From assembly GCA_963712245.1 (NCBI GenBank), contig CAVQHE010000004.1, positions 34,602-98,601 on the forward strand: a stretch of DNA of 64,000 bases. Reading direction: 5' to 3'. Position numbers and translations under genes: made by a program. Below are positions 28,833 through 38,809 of the stretch, in pieces. This stretch comes from an uncultured Actinomycetota bacterium (GTDB taxonomy: Bacteria; Actinomycetota; Actinomycetes; Actinomycetales; Demequinaceae). Within the stretch, counting starts at the first letter, position 1. Every line of letters starts with the position of its first letter. The notes below the pieces were generated by a model that worked only from the letters and a program-made list of their open reading frames with translations, did no database searches and was not told where the DNA came from.

Positions 28833-30095
28833 TTATCCGCCGCGCGCGATGCGCGACCGAAGGGCCGCGACGCGATCCCGTCCGAGGACGCGACGGGCGA
28901 CCCGACCCGCGAGGCTGCGAGCGCGGTGACGCAGGCTCCGCGCCGCCCGCGGTACGAAGCTGGGCAGGGCTCGCGACGCGCGAGCCAACCGCCAGGGCCC
29001 CGGGTGGAACCCCGGGAGTCGGCGCTGGAGAGACGCGGCGCGCCTCCGGTCGAAGTACACGGACGGTTCGGGAAGCGTGATGCGGTAGCCGCGATCACCC
29101 ATCCACCGACCGAGGGCATCGAGCGCGGCGTCTTGGTCGAGGCGACTTGAGTCGTCGACGAGGCCGGACGGGCCGAGGGCGCGGAACGTCTCGACGTAGT
29201 CGGGGGCGATCTCGCGCTTGTGGATCAACGCGTGGTAGAGCAGGCCGTGCAGGTGGTCGTCCGGGGAGACCGTCCGTACGCCGTTCGACGACACGGCGTC
29301 GCGGATCATCGCGGACTCCCAGGCGGCGTCGTAGTAGCCGTCGCCGATATGGCGGAAGTCGAACATGACGTCGTCGCCGCCGACGCTGACCGCGACGTGC
29401 ACGCGGAAATCCTCCGCGAACGCCTTGCGGGCTCCGGTGACGAACACCGCCTCGTCGACGTTGTCGACGATGAGGTCGATGTCGCCGTGCGATCCGGCGT
29501 AGTACGCGTCGGGAAGCACGTCGAAGTTCCTCATGACGGCGTAGGGCACGGTGCTCCCCAGCACGTGGAAGAGATGCCGCAGGCTAATCCAACCGCCGCG
29601 GCCGGCAAGGTCGGCCGAGATCGCGTCGCCGCCGTCGTCCATCGCGTACTCCGAGAAGACGCCGTCCTCGAATTCCCGTGCGTTGCGACCGAGGAGCAAG
29701 GTGATGTCGTGGTCGAACTCGCGGGGGGAGTTGGTCGCGTGGACCTTGTGACCGCCGCCCGTCCACTCGCGGTGGAGGCTCTTCGCCTCGAAGAGGTTCG
29801 TGTTGACCGTCTGGATGCCGCGGGACGTCTCCGTCGGCGCGTAGCGCGGGTGACGGTCGCGGACGACGACCACCAGCATCGGGCCGGTCCCGACGTGCTC
29901 CTCCTTATACGATCCAGCCGGAAGGAGGACGCCGTAGAACCGGGTGAGGTTCTCGCTGAACGCCTCGGCGCTCCACGTGATCTCGACGACGCGAACGACC
30001 TCGAAACGGTCGGCGATGTCGGCGAGGATGCGCGACTCTTCGCGACGAGCCTCCGACCACAGGATGAAGAGGTGGAGCTCCGATTCCTCCGTCAC
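28833..30095 (-). CDS. Hypothetical two-domain protein: N-terminal NDK-like domain plus a nucleotidyltransferase-fold domain
   Basis: The 420-aa protein starts at the in-frame GTG at 30095. The NTase motif is YYAGSHGDIDLIVDN. N-terminal segments resemble nucleoside-diphosphate-kinase motifs by eye: LHLFILWSEAR, GPMLVVVVRD and HKVHATNSPREFDHDITLLLG. The remainder of ORF 28833..32489 is antisense noise. Confidence 0.65.
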   Translation of the reverse strand: MTEESELHLFILWSEARREESRILADIADRFEVVRVVEITWSAEAFSENLTRFYGVLLPAGSYKEEHVGTGPMLVVVVRDRHPRYAPTETSRGIQTVNTNLFEAKSLHREWTGGGHKVHATNSPREFDHDITLLLGRNAREFEDGVFSEYAMDDGGDAISADLAGRGGWISLRHLFHVLGSTVPYAVMRNFDVLPDAYYAGSHGDIDLIVDNVDEAVFVTGARKAFAEDFRVHVAVSVGGDDVMFDFRHIGDGYYDAAWESAMIRDAVSSNGVRTVSPDDHLHGLLYHALIHKREIAPDYVETFRALGPSGLVDDSSRLDQDAALDALGRWMGDRGYRITLPEPSVYFDRRRAASLQRRLPGFHPGPWRLARASRALPSFVPRAARSLRHRARSLAGRVARRVLGRDRVAALRSRIARGG

Positions 30096-30269
30096 GGGCG
30101 CGGCTTTCCGCGTGACGCCCCGCCGTCCACGAATGCCCGTCGCATGGCAACGGATACTACCGGACGCCCGCGCCCACCTCGCGGGCTCGCCCGCCCGTCC
30201 GTGGGAGACTCGGACCGTGCACTGGGCAGAAGGGCCGCGTCGAGGCGGCCGGACGTGGGAGCGTCGGTC

Positions 30270-32054
30270 GTGACGCGGGTCGACACGCCCCTTCGCGGCC
30301 GAGGCGAGCCGCGCCCAGGGGGATGGCGGCTCCTGTCGGAGCGTCCGTCGACCGTCCCCGACCCCGACGATCGCGTGCTCGCGGCGCTGACCGCCGCGCC
30401 CGACGTTTCGCTCGCCACCGATTCGCTCGCGGCGGACGCGGCGAACGACGAGGTGCGCCGCTTCCTCGATCCCGCCGGCGCGAATGTCGTCCGGGCGCTC
30501 GCGATTCCCGCGGGCGCGCGCGTGTTGACGCTCGGGGGCGTCGGCGGCGTGATCGCGAGGCATCTGGGAGAGATCGGCGCGGTCGTCGACGCGATCGAGC
30601 CGACGGCCGCTCTCGGGGCGATCGCGCGGGAGCGCAATCGCGATATCGCGAACGTCGAGGTGTTCGTGGGCGCCCTTGAGGACGTCCCGGACGAACCGGG
30701 ATACGACCTGATCGTCGCGATCGGCGTCCTCGAGGAGGCCGCGGGAGGAGTGGCGGATCGCGCCGGATACGTCGACTTCCTCGCGCGCCTCGCGCGCCGG
30801 CTGGTCCCGGACGGGACGCTCGCCCTCGGCGCCGAGAACAAGATGAGCGTGAAGGCGCTCGTCGGGGCGCCAGACGAGCACTCCGGACGCGTCTTCGATT
30901 CCGTCGAGTCGTACCCGTACGGGACGACGGCGCGGTCGTTCTCCCGACGCGAGCTCGAGGCGATGATCGGCGACGCGGGTCTCCGCCCTACGACGCTCGG
31001 CGTCTTCCCCGACGTCCGACGCGCGCGATCCGTCCTGCACCCTCGCGCGTTCCCGGAAAAGTACGAGTATCTCCTCAGCGAGATCCCCGGATTCCCCAGC
31101 CCGGACGCGACGGGACACCGCCCCCGGCTCGCGCACGAGGGGCTGGTGTGGGGATCGTTCGTCCGCGCGGGTTTGGCCGCGGACGCCTCGAACGCCTTCC
31201 TCGTGCTGGCGTCGAACGCGTCCGGCTCGTCCCTGTGGCCCGACGACCTCGGCGCGGTGTACTTCTCCGAGGGACGCCGCTCCGTCTGGTCGACCGTCAC
31301 GCGGGTGCGGACGCGGGCGGACGGCGTCGCCTTCGCATGCCGACGCCTCGCGCCCGGCCCGTCGGATCGCGGGTTCGTGCTCCGCGAGTACGACGAGAAG
31401 GTCGTCGACGGCGAGAACCTCGTGACGTTCGCGCGCGCCGCCGCCGACGAGGAGATCGCCGACGCGCTCGGCCGCTGGTCGACCCTGCTCGATCGCGAGG
31501 CGGAGGAGGCGGACGGAATCCCCCTCGACTTCGTCCCTCACAACATGATTCGCCGCGCGGATGGGTCGCTCCAGGGCTTCGATCAGGAGTGGTACGCCGA
31601 CGCCACGACGGGCTTCGGGATCGACGACGTGAGGAATCGCGGCGTGCTCTGGTTCGCCTCGCGCCTGGCGACCGTCACCCCGCCCGAGCGGTGGCCCGAC
31701 TGCCGCACGGTCGGCGACCTGGCCCGACGGCTCGGATCGATGATCCCGGTGCTTGACGCCGCGTGGATCGACGACGTGCGGAGGTCCGAGTCGCGCCTGC
31801 TGGCCGAGGTCCGGCCTCGACCCTCGGCCATGACGGATACGGCGTGGCGGCAGCACATCGGACGAGACATCGACGCGCTCCTCGCGAGCCCGCTCGCGTA
31901 CGCCCCGCTCGGCCAACGCGACATCGACGCCCGCGGGGGGATGAGGTCGACGATGGCGCGCCTGGGAGGGCACGTGAAAGCGGTCGCGCGACTGGGAGCG
32001 CGGGCCGTCCGATCGGTACGCCGTACCGCGAGCCGCAGGCGCCCGGTACCGTAG
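30270..32054 (+). CDS. Class I SAM methyltransferase fused to a protein-kinase-like domain with a basic C-terminal tail (WbdD-like architecture)
   Basis: The MTase motif I region is [15 protein letters not shown]...DAIEP and post-I is [12 protein letters not shown]. The kinase-like catalytic loop is [25 protein letters not shown]. The start is uncertain, with in-frame candidates GTG 30270 and ATG 30144. Confidence 0.65.
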   Translation: MTRVDTPLRGRGEPRPGGWRLLSERPSTVPDPDDRVLAALTAAPDVSLATDSLAADAANDEVRRFLDPAGANVVRALAIPAGARVLTLGGVGGVIARHLGEIGAVVDAIEPTAALGAIARERNRDIANVEVFVGALEDVPDEPGYDLIVAIGVLEEAAGGVADRAGYVDFLARLARRLVPDGTLALGAENKMSVKALVGAPDEHSGRVFDSVESYPYGTTARSFSRRELEAMIGDAGLRPTTLGVFPDVRRARSVLHPRAFPEKYEYLLSEIPGFPSPDATGHRPRLAHEGLVWGSFVRAGLAADASNAFLVLASNASGSSLWPDDLGAVYFSEGRRSVWSTVTRVRTRADGVAFACRRLAPGPSDRGFVLREYDEKVVDGENLVTFARAAADEEIADALGRWSTLLDREAEEADGIPLDFVPHNMIRRADGSLQGFDQEWYADATTGFGIDDVRNRGVLWFASRLATVTPPERWPDCRTVGDLARRLGSMIPVLDAAWIDDVRRSESRLLAEVRPRPSAMTDTAWRQHIGRDIDALLASPLAYAPLGQRDIDARGGMRSTMARLGGHVKAVARLGARAVRSVRRTASRRRPVP

Positions 32055-32058
32055 GCCC

Positions 32059-32634
32059 ATGCTCCTCTCCGACCGCGACATCCGTGCCGAACTCGACTCC
32101 GGTCGCGTCGTCCTCACGCCGTACGACCCGCAGATGATCCAGCCCTCGTCGATCGACGTGCGCCTCGACAAGTTCTTCCGGGTGTTCGACAACCACAAGT
32201 ACGCGGCGATCGACCCGGCGGTCGAGCAGGACGAGCTGACCCGCCTCGTCGAGGTCTCAGGCGACGAACCGTTCGTTCTCCACCCCGGGGAATTCGTGCT
32301 CGCGTCGTCGTACGAGACGGTGTCGCTCCCGGACGACATCGCCGCCCGGCTCGAGGGGAAGTCCTCCCTCGGCCGGCTCGGACTCATGACCCACTCGACT
32401 GCGGGATTCATCGACCCGGGGTTCGAGGGGAACGTCACGCTCGAACTGAGCAACGTCGCGACGCTGCCGATCAACCTCTGGCCCGGCATGAAGATCGGTC
32501 AGATGTGCTTCTTCCGGCTGTCGTCGCCAGCCGAGGAGCCGTACGGCTCGGGGAAGTACGGCTCGCGGTATCGCGGCCAGCGCGGTCCGACGGCATCGAA
32601 GTCGTACCTGAACTTCCACCGCACCGAGGTGTAG
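32059..32634 (+). CDS. dcd: dCTP deaminase (dUMP-forming type is common in Actinobacteria)
   Basis: Full-length Dcd similarity is seen: [28 protein letters not shown] and [10 protein letters not shown]. Confidence 0.95.
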   Translation: MLLSDRDIRAELDSGRVVLTPYDPQMIQPSSIDVRLDKFFRVFDNHKYAAIDPAVEQDELTRLVEVSGDEPFVLHPGEFVLASSYETVSLPDDIAARLEGKSSLGRLGLMTHSTAGFIDPGFEGNVTLELSNVATLPINLWPGMKIGQMCFFRLSSPAEEPYGSGKYGSRYRGQRGPTASKSYLNFHRTEV

Positions 32635-32637
32635 GGC

Positions 32638-33564
32638 ATGCCGACGCGGACCCTCGTCCTCGGGGGAAACGGGTTCATCGGCTCACACACGGTCGACGCG
32701 CTCGCCGACGCCGGGCACGACGTGACCGCGTTCGACCGCGAGTTCACCAGACCCGAGTCGGCAGAGTCCGGGGTAAGCCGAGTGACGGGCGACCTCGGGG
32801 ACCGCGCGCTTCTCGCGGACCTCGTCGCCGGCAGCGACGTCGTCATCCACCTCGCCGGCGCCTCGACCCCCGCGAGCTCCGACGCCGATCCCGTCGGCGA
32901 CATCGTCGGCCCGATGGCCGACACCGTCGGGGTCCTCGACGTGGTCGCGGCGGCGCGAGCCCCCCGTCTGATCTTCGCGTCGACGGGAGGGGCGATGTAC
33001 GGCAGCACCGGAACGGAGCCGGCGACGGAATCGACGCTGCCGGAGCCCGTGTCGCCGTACGCCATTGGCAAACTCGCCGTGGAGGGATACCTCCGGTACT
33101 ACCGCGCGAAACACGGGCTGCGTTCGGTCGTGTTGCGCATCTCCAACCCGTACGGCCCGAGGCAGCGCCTGAACCGCGGGCAAGGAGTCATCGCCTCGTT
33201 CCTCACCAACATCGCCGAGGAGCGCCCCATCACCGTGTACGGCGACGGGTCGATGGTCCGCGACTACGTGTACGTCGACGATGTCGCGGCCATGATCGCC
33301 GCGGTCGCCGACACCGAACCCGCGCACGCCCTGTACCACGTGGCGAGCGGCACGGGCACGTCGATCACCGAGTTGATCGCCATCGTCGCCCGCGTGACGG
33401 GTCGCGAGGTGCGCATCGACCGACTCGCGAAACCCGCGACGTTCGTCGATCGCGTCGTCCTCGACATCGGCCGGTTCTCCTCCGAGTTCGGCCTTACCCC
33501 CGCCGTGACCCTGGAGGATGGGATCGCGGCGACGTGGCGCGCGCGCATCGAGGGCGTCGAGTGA
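32638..33564 (+). CDS. NAD-dependent sugar-nucleotide epimerase/dehydratase
   Basis: VLGGNGFIGSH (GxxGxxG) and SPYAIGKL (YxxxK) are present. Confidence 0.85.
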   Translation: MPTRTLVLGGNGFIGSHTVDALADAGHDVTAFDREFTRPESAESGVSRVTGDLGDRALLADLVAGSDVVIHLAGASTPASSDADPVGDIVGPMADTVGVLDVVAAARAPRLIFASTGGAMYGSTGTEPATESTLPEPVSPYAIGKLAVEGYLRYYRAKHGLRSVVLRISNPYGPRQRLNRGQGVIASFLTNIAEERPITVYGDGSMVRDYVYVDDVAAMIAAVADTEPAHALYHVASGTGTSITELIAIVARVTGREVRIDRLAKPATFVDRVVLDIGRFSSEFGLTPAVTLEDGIAATWRARIEGVE

Positions 33565-34481
33565 CGTCGCCCGCGGTCACCGTCGCGATCCTCACCTTCA
33601 ACGGCGAGCGGCATCTCGATCGGTTGCTCGACGCGGTCGAGGATCAGGAGTACGACGGCCCCGTCGAGATCCTGGTGATCGACTCGACCTCGACTGACGC
33701 GACGCCCGCGATCCTCGCGCGCCACCCGAACGTCCGCGTCCACGTCATCCCCCAGAGCGAGTTCGGCCACGGGAAGACGCGGAACCTCGCCGCGACGCTC
33801 GCGTCCGGCGAGTTCGTCGCATACCTCACGCAGGACGCGATCCCCCTCGGCCGTACGTGGCTCGCCGAGCTCGTCGCCCCCCTGATCGACGACGAGCGCG
33901 TCGGCGGCGTCGTCGGCAAGCAGGTTCCCCGCGACGACGCTCCCCCGATCATCCGGTACGACATCCGTCGGGTCTTCTCGCGCCTCGGGCCGGACGACGC
34001 GTGGGCCGTCGTGGACGGCCGAGGGGTCGACTTCGACGGCCCAGACTCCTGGACCGCCGCGTTCTACTCGGACGCGAATTCCGCGACGCGACGATCCCTC
34101 GTCGTGGGCGAGGTGCCGTACCGCGACGTCGCGTACGCCGAGGACCAGCTATTCGGGCGCGACATCCTTCGCAGTGGGCGCCGCAAGGTGTACGCGCCGG
34201 CGGCGAGCGTGGAGCACTCGAACGACCTGACGATGCGGACGGTGGGCGCCCGCATCGACGACGAGGTCACCGGGCTCCGCGCGATCGGCGCGCCCGTCCC
34301 GCGGCTCTCGCGCGCCGGCGTCGTCAAACAGGCGGTCCGCTGGTCTCTCGCGGACGCCGCCGCCATCGCGCTCGATCGGGACTGGGGTATCGCGCGGAAG
34401 GCCCGCTGGCTCCTCGCCAACCCCTGGTGGCACGTGAGGAAGTGGCGCGCGTTCCGGCGCGCGTCCACGCGCGACACCTAG
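33561..34481 (+). CDS. GT2-family glycosyltransferase
   Basis: VTVAILTFNGERHL and VIDSTSTD are present. The GTG start overlaps the epimerase stop (GTGA). Confidence 0.85.
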   Translation: MTSPAVTVAILTFNGERHLDRLLDAVEDQEYDGPVEILVIDSTSTDATPAILARHPNVRVHVIPQSEFGHGKTRNLAATLASGEFVAYLTQDAIPLGRTWLAELVAPLIDDERVGGVVGKQVPRDDAPPIIRYDIRRVFSRLGPDDAWAVVDGRGVDFDGPDSWTAAFYSDANSATRRSLVVGEVPYRDVAYAEDQLFGRDILRSGRRKVYAPAASVEHSNDLTMRTVGARIDDEVTGLRAIGAPVPRLSRAGVVKQAVRWSLADAAAIALDRDWGIARKARWLLANPWWHVRKWRAFRRASTRDT

Positions 34482-36319
34482 GGCGCAACCTCGGGCGGCG
34501 CGCCCGCGTTCTCGAACGAGAGAAGCCTGACGTAGTCGGCCATGAGCGGGACGCGTTCGGAGATGGACGCGAAGTCGCCGGACGCGATCCTCCGCCCCCC
34601 CTCGATCACGTGGACCGTGTCCGCGTGCTGGACGGTCGAGAGCCGGTGGGCGATCACGAGCACGGTGACGGATCCCTTGAGTTCCTGGAGGCTCGCCGTC
34701 ACCTGGGCCTCCGCGCCCGCGTCGAGTCCGCTCGTCGCCTCGTCGAGCACGAGCAGCGCCGGCTCGGCGTACAGGGCGCGGGCGAGACCGATGCGCTGGA
34801 TCTGGCCGCCGCTGAGCGAGTTCGCCTGACGGCCGACGGACGAATGGAGTCCGTCCGGCAACGACTCCATGAGTTCGCCGAGCTGCGCCTGTCGAACCGC
34901 GCGGTTCACCGCGTCCCAGTCGATCTGGTCGGGCGGTACTCCGAGCGCGATGTTGTCGACGATCGATCCGGAGACCAGGCCCGGGCGCTGGGGGACGTAG
35001 GCGACGATTCCGGGCCTGCTCGCGCACATCTCGCCCGGTTCGCGCCCCCCGAGCTCGACGACCCCCGAATCCGGCTCGAGCAGCCCGAGGATGAGGTCGA
35101 CGAGCGTGGTCTTCCCCGCGCCGGACGGGCCGACGAGCGCCGCCGACGTCCCGGCCGCGACGCGAAGAGAAATCCCGCGTATCGCGTCCGTCGACGCCTC
35201 GGGGTAGCGATAGGAGACGCGACTGAGTCGCACCGTGAGGCCCTTCGTCGACCGACGCTGGCTCGCCGGCCCGCGCGCCGCAGCGCGGACCCGAGCGACG
35301 GCGTGGAACTCGCGCTCCTCCCGCATGAGGCCGAGGGCGACGCGCGCCTGCTCGCCGTTCTGCTTGAGGTTGGCGAAGGCGTTCTGCAGCGGAAGGAGGG
35401 ACCCCATCATCCGCGCACCTCCGGCGATGAAGACGCCGACCGTGACGAATCCCTCCTCGAGGCTGTGCGCCGCCAACTGCTGGGCGACGAGGATCACGAC
35501 GCCGAGGATAAGGGTCGCCTCGAGCACGTAGCGCGGGATGCTGCCGAGGAACGTGAGGGAGGCGTTGGCGTGGGCGACCCGCGAGCGCGCGTCCCGGATC
35601 CGGTGCGCGAACTCGACCTGCTGCTGGAGCACCGAGATCTCGCGGTAGGTGTCGACGGTGTCGCTCAGGAGGTTGGTCGTCTCGATCGTCCCGGACGCGG
35701 CCGCCCTCGCGGACCTCTTCAGACGCCGCGTGATGACGACCTGGATGAGGACGACGACGCCTCCGAAGTACACGAGCGCGAAGATAGCGACGGGGGCGCT
35801 CACGACGATGAAGGTCGCCGCGATGACCGTCACGAGGAATCCCTCGGCGACGACGGCGGCGACGTTGTTGAGCAGGCCGGTGAACGCGTACGTCATCGAC
35901 CCGGTGAGGGCGAACTGGAATTGGGCCTTCGAGTAACGCCGGAGGTTGGACAGGGTTCCGCCGAGAAGGTAGCGCGCGACCTCTCCGACGTTCTTCGTCT
36001 CCAGTCGCGCGACGAAGTGCGCCTGCGCGCGGACGAGCACCCCGGCCGCGACGGCCTTGAGGATGAAGACCGCGAGCACCGCAATGACGAGCGCGACGAT
36101 CCCCCCGGACCCGAGGTGGGGAATCGTGTATCCGGCGATCGACACGGACGCACCGTCGGCGTTGGATCCATTCGCCGCGACGCCGGCGAGGACGCCGACG
36201 AGGACGATCCCGACCACGTCGAGGAGGCCGAGCAGAACCCGGCCGGCGATGATGACGGAGTAGGTGCCCTTCTCCGCGCGGCTGAGGCGCGCGACGACCT
36301 GCCTCACCGGCTCCCACAT
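34478..36319 (-). CDS. Fused TMD-NBD ABC exporter (MsbA/PglK-like half-transporter)
   Basis: The 613-aa protein has six N-terminal TM helices, Walker A GPSGAGKTT, signature LSGGQIQR and Walker B LLVLDEATS. The upstream part of ORF 34478..37342 is antisense to the next gene. Confidence 0.9.
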   Translation of the reverse strand: MWEPVRQVVARLSRAEKGTYSVIIAGRVLLGLLDVVGIVLVGVLAGVAANGSNADGASVSIAGYTIPHLGSGGIVALVIAVLAVFILKAVAAGVLVRAQAHFVARLETKNVGEVARYLLGGTLSNLRRYSKAQFQFALTGSMTYAFTGLLNNVAAVVAEGFLVTVIAATFIVVSAPVAIFALVYFGGVVVLIQVVITRRLKRSARAAASGTIETTNLLSDTVDTYREISVLQQQVEFAHRIRDARSRVAHANASLTFLGSIPRYVLEATLILGVVILVAQQLAAHSLEEGFVTVGVFIAGGARMMGSLLPLQNAFANLKQNGEQARVALGLMREEREFHAVARVRAAARGPASQRRSTKGLTVRLSRVSYRYPEASTDAIRGISLRVAAGTSAALVGPSGAGKTTLVDLILGLLEPDSGVVELGGREPGEMCASRPGIVAYVPQRPGLVSGSIVDNIALGVPPDQIDWDAVNRAVRQAQLGELMESLPDGLHSSVGRQANSLSGGQIQRIGLARALYAEPALLVLDEATSGLDAGAEAQVTASLQELKGSVTVLVIAHRLSTVQHADTVHVIEGGRRIASGDFASISERVPLMADYVRLLSFENAGAPPEVAP

Positions 36320-36418
36320 GGCTCCAACTCTACGGGTTTCGCCGGGAGTGCTCGCACGCGCCGTCAAGCACGCCTCCCCGCTCCCTCGGCCGCCCCCGAG
36401 CGCCACTACGATGGTGGC

Positions 36419-37420
36419 GTGAACGAGGAGTCGGACGACCCGCGGTCCGTCGCCGTCGCGCTGTGCACGCACAACAGCGTCCGCTACCTCGCCCCGCAAC
36501 TCGAGAGCATCGGCGACAACGCCGCGTACCTGAGCGAGGTCGTCGTGTCCGACGACGCGTCGTCCGACGCGACGGTCGACATGGTTCGCGAGTTCGCCGC
36601 GCGGATGGCGCGGAGCCTGAGCGTCCGCGTGATCGCGACCGAAAGCGTCGGCGGCACCGTGCCCAACTTCGAGCGCGCGCTCGCCGCGTGCACCGCCGAC
36701 TACGTCGCCCTGGCCGATCACGACGACGTGTGGACGGCCGATCGGATTCCCCGCGGCCTCGCGCCACTCGGCCCCCTCGTCTCCGCCACGCCCCCGGCGA
36801 TCTCGTTCTCGGACGCCCGCATCGTCGACGGAAACGGGGCGCCGACGGGGGCGACGCTCCTCGCGTCGATGCGCCTGACGCGCCGGGAGCGGCGCCGGAT
36901 CGCGCGCGGCGACGCCCTTCGGGTGTTCGTCCGCCGGAACGTCGTTACCGGGGCGACCGCCATCATCAACCGCCCCCTGATCGGTGTGGGCCTGCCCGTC
37001 GAGAAGGGCTGGGTTCACGACGAGTGGTTCGCGATCCTCGCGGCCGCGCTCGGCGAGGTCCATCTCGTCGACGCGCCGCTCATCGACTACCGGATTCACG
37101 GCGCGAACCAAATCGGAGTCCCGCCACCGGGCCCGGTCGCGCGCCTGAGGCGGATGCTCGCCGCTCGCGAGTCGCGCTACGAGCGATTCGCCGATCGGTT
37201 CGCCCGCCTCCTCGAACGCCTGTCCGCGCTCGACGCCCCGGAACCGGCTCTTGCGCTCGTACGGGAGAAGGTGGCCTTCGAACGGGCGCGCGCGCGCTAT
37301 CCGCGACGCCGCGTCGGCCGCGTCCTCCCGATCGCGCGCCAAGCCGTCGCCGGTCGCTACCGTCGCCTATCCAGCCAGGGCGACCTGGACGTCGTCCGCG
37401 ATCTTCTCCAGCCCGCGTGA
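36419..37420 (+). CDS. GT2-family glycosyltransferase
   Basis: VAVALCTHNSVRYL, VVVSDDASSD and ALADHDDVW (the DxD region) are present. Confidence 0.8.
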   Translation: MNEESDDPRSVAVALCTHNSVRYLAPQLESIGDNAAYLSEVVVSDDASSDATVDMVREFAARMARSLSVRVIATESVGGTVPNFERALAACTADYVALADHDDVWTADRIPRGLAPLGPLVSATPPAISFSDARIVDGNGAPTGATLLASMRLTRRERRRIARGDALRVFVRRNVVTGATAIINRPLIGVGLPVEKGWVHDEWFAILAAALGEVHLVDAPLIDYRIHGANQIGVPPPGPVARLRRMLAARESRYERFADRFARLLERLSALDAPEPALALVREKVAFERARARYPRRRVGRVLPIARQAVAGRYRRLSSQGDLDVVRDLLQPA

Positions 37421-37421
37421 C

Positions 37422-38684
37422 CTAGCGCGTCGCGCGACGCGTCGTCTCGCGCACGAGGGCCGACAGCAGCCGGTCGCCCGCCGTCGACCATTCGGCCTCG
37501 GCGACGGTCGCCGCGTTGCCCCGCGCGAGGGCCCCGTCCCTGTTGCGGTCGTACGCCTGAACGAGCGCCCGGGCGAGGGCCCCGGGCGACGCCTCCGACC
37601 ACGCGATGCTCGGTACGTCCGCGACGAGCCGGTTGTTCGGACCGTCGTTCACGACGGGGGTGACTCCCGCGGAGAGAAGCTCGAGGGGGAGCAGCGACAG
37701 GTTCGACAGGGAGATGACGAGACCCGCGGCGCACTCGTTGTACAACGCGTTGAGCTCCCCGAGCGGAAGCGAGCCGTGGTTGATGTGCGGAAACGGCGCC
37801 CGCGACGCGTCGAATCCCTCGCCCGCGAAGTGAATCGTGGCGTCGGGCCGCTCCTCGGCGAAGCGCCGGAGGGCCATGACCCCGAGATCGAACCCTCGAC
37901 GCGGCGTCGTGGGACGCGCGTAGAAGAACACGCCGCCGCGCGGCCGATCGTCGAGCACCCGGTACCGCGCCACGTCCGCGCCGAAGTCGTAGTGGTCGCA
38001 GGACATGCCGTATCGATCGGCGAGCATCGTCGACAGCCAGCCCCCGGCCGTCAAGCCGTGAAATCCGAACCGATACGTGTTCTCCGCGAGCACGTACTCC
38101 GTGCTCATCGGGTAGAACATCGGCTCGAAGTCCTGGACGAAGTAGAAGCGGCGCGCTCGCGAGCGGTCGAGGAACGACGGATACGCCGTCTCCCACCCGG
38201 TGGCGACGAGCGCCTGGACGTCGTCCGCCACGCCGCGCCCCGGGTCGTAGTCCTCGATCGACGCGTCGAGTGAGGAGAACGCGTCCGACGACTCGAGCAT
38301 CCGCCGCACGTCGGCGGGCCGTATTCCGAGGCCCTGTCGGTCGTATAGGTATATCCGGCACCGGTGGCCCGCCTCCTCCGCGAACCTGATGAACCGGAAC
38401 ATGTTCTGATGACCGCCGCTGTGCGGCCCCGGCGGCGACGTCAGCCACCCGATGCACAACGGTCCCTCGTCGGCGAACGCCGGCTCGCGGATCGCGTCCG
38501 GCGGCGACGTCCAGTCGGCGCGAAACGCGTCGTCGCCCGCCACGAGCATCGGCCTCGAGTAGCGCCGGGAAATCCGGCCCGCGACGCGCCCGACGAAGGG
38601 GCCGACGCCCTCCCGCACGAGGACGCGTCCCGGTCGTGCCACGCGCCACGCGACGCGGCGCAACGACGTCCGTAGCTTGGTCAC
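37422..38684 (-). CDS. Glycosyltransferase, possibly a WsaF-like rhamnosyltransferase
   Basis: RRFYFVQDFEPMFYP and the two-Rossmann GT-B layout resemble WsaF-type enzymes (from memory). The GTG at 38684 is preceded by AAGGGAG. Confidence 0.6.
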   Translation of the reverse strand: MTKLRTSLRRVAWRVARPGRVLVREGVGPFVGRVAGRISRRYSRPMLVAGDDAFRADWTSPPDAIREPAFADEGPLCIGWLTSPPGPHSGGHQNMFRFIRFAEEAGHRCRIYLYDRQGLGIRPADVRRMLESSDAFSSLDASIEDYDPGRGVADDVQALVATGWETAYPSFLDRSRARRFYFVQDFEPMFYPMSTEYVLAENTYRFGFHGLTAGGWLSTMLADRYGMSCDHYDFGADVARYRVLDDRPRGGVFFYARPTTPRRGFDLGVMALRRFAEERPDATIHFAGEGFDASRAPFPHINHGSLPLGELNALYNECAAGLVISLSNLSLLPLELLSAGVTPVVNDGPNNRLVADVPSIAWSEASPGALARALVQAYDRNRDGALARGNAATVAEAEWSTAGDRLLSALVRETTRRATR

Positions 38685-38809
38685 CGCGACTCCCTTTCCG
38701 CGCGTCGACGGCGTACCCGATCGACGCCCCCAAAGTAGCGCCATCCTACGGCGTGGTCGCCACGGCGCGTCGGCGCGGCCGCCCGCGCCCGCGATACACT
38801 GGCCGCGAA

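Noticed and set aside
30096-32489. Very long ORFs on the opposite strand of real genes. Examples are the upper part of 28833..32489(-), 33857..37420(+) upstream of 36419, 53354..56728(+), 43082..45418(-), 43812..45860(-), 4..2172(+) and 10409..12682(-) upstream of about 11956.
   Set aside because: Their translations are Arg/Pro/Gly/Ala-rich low-complexity sequence with no recognisable motifs. They mirror strongly supported genes (MTase, ABC exporter, nrdA, dnaK, menD). Long antisense ORFs are expected in high-GC DNA because stop codons are rare.
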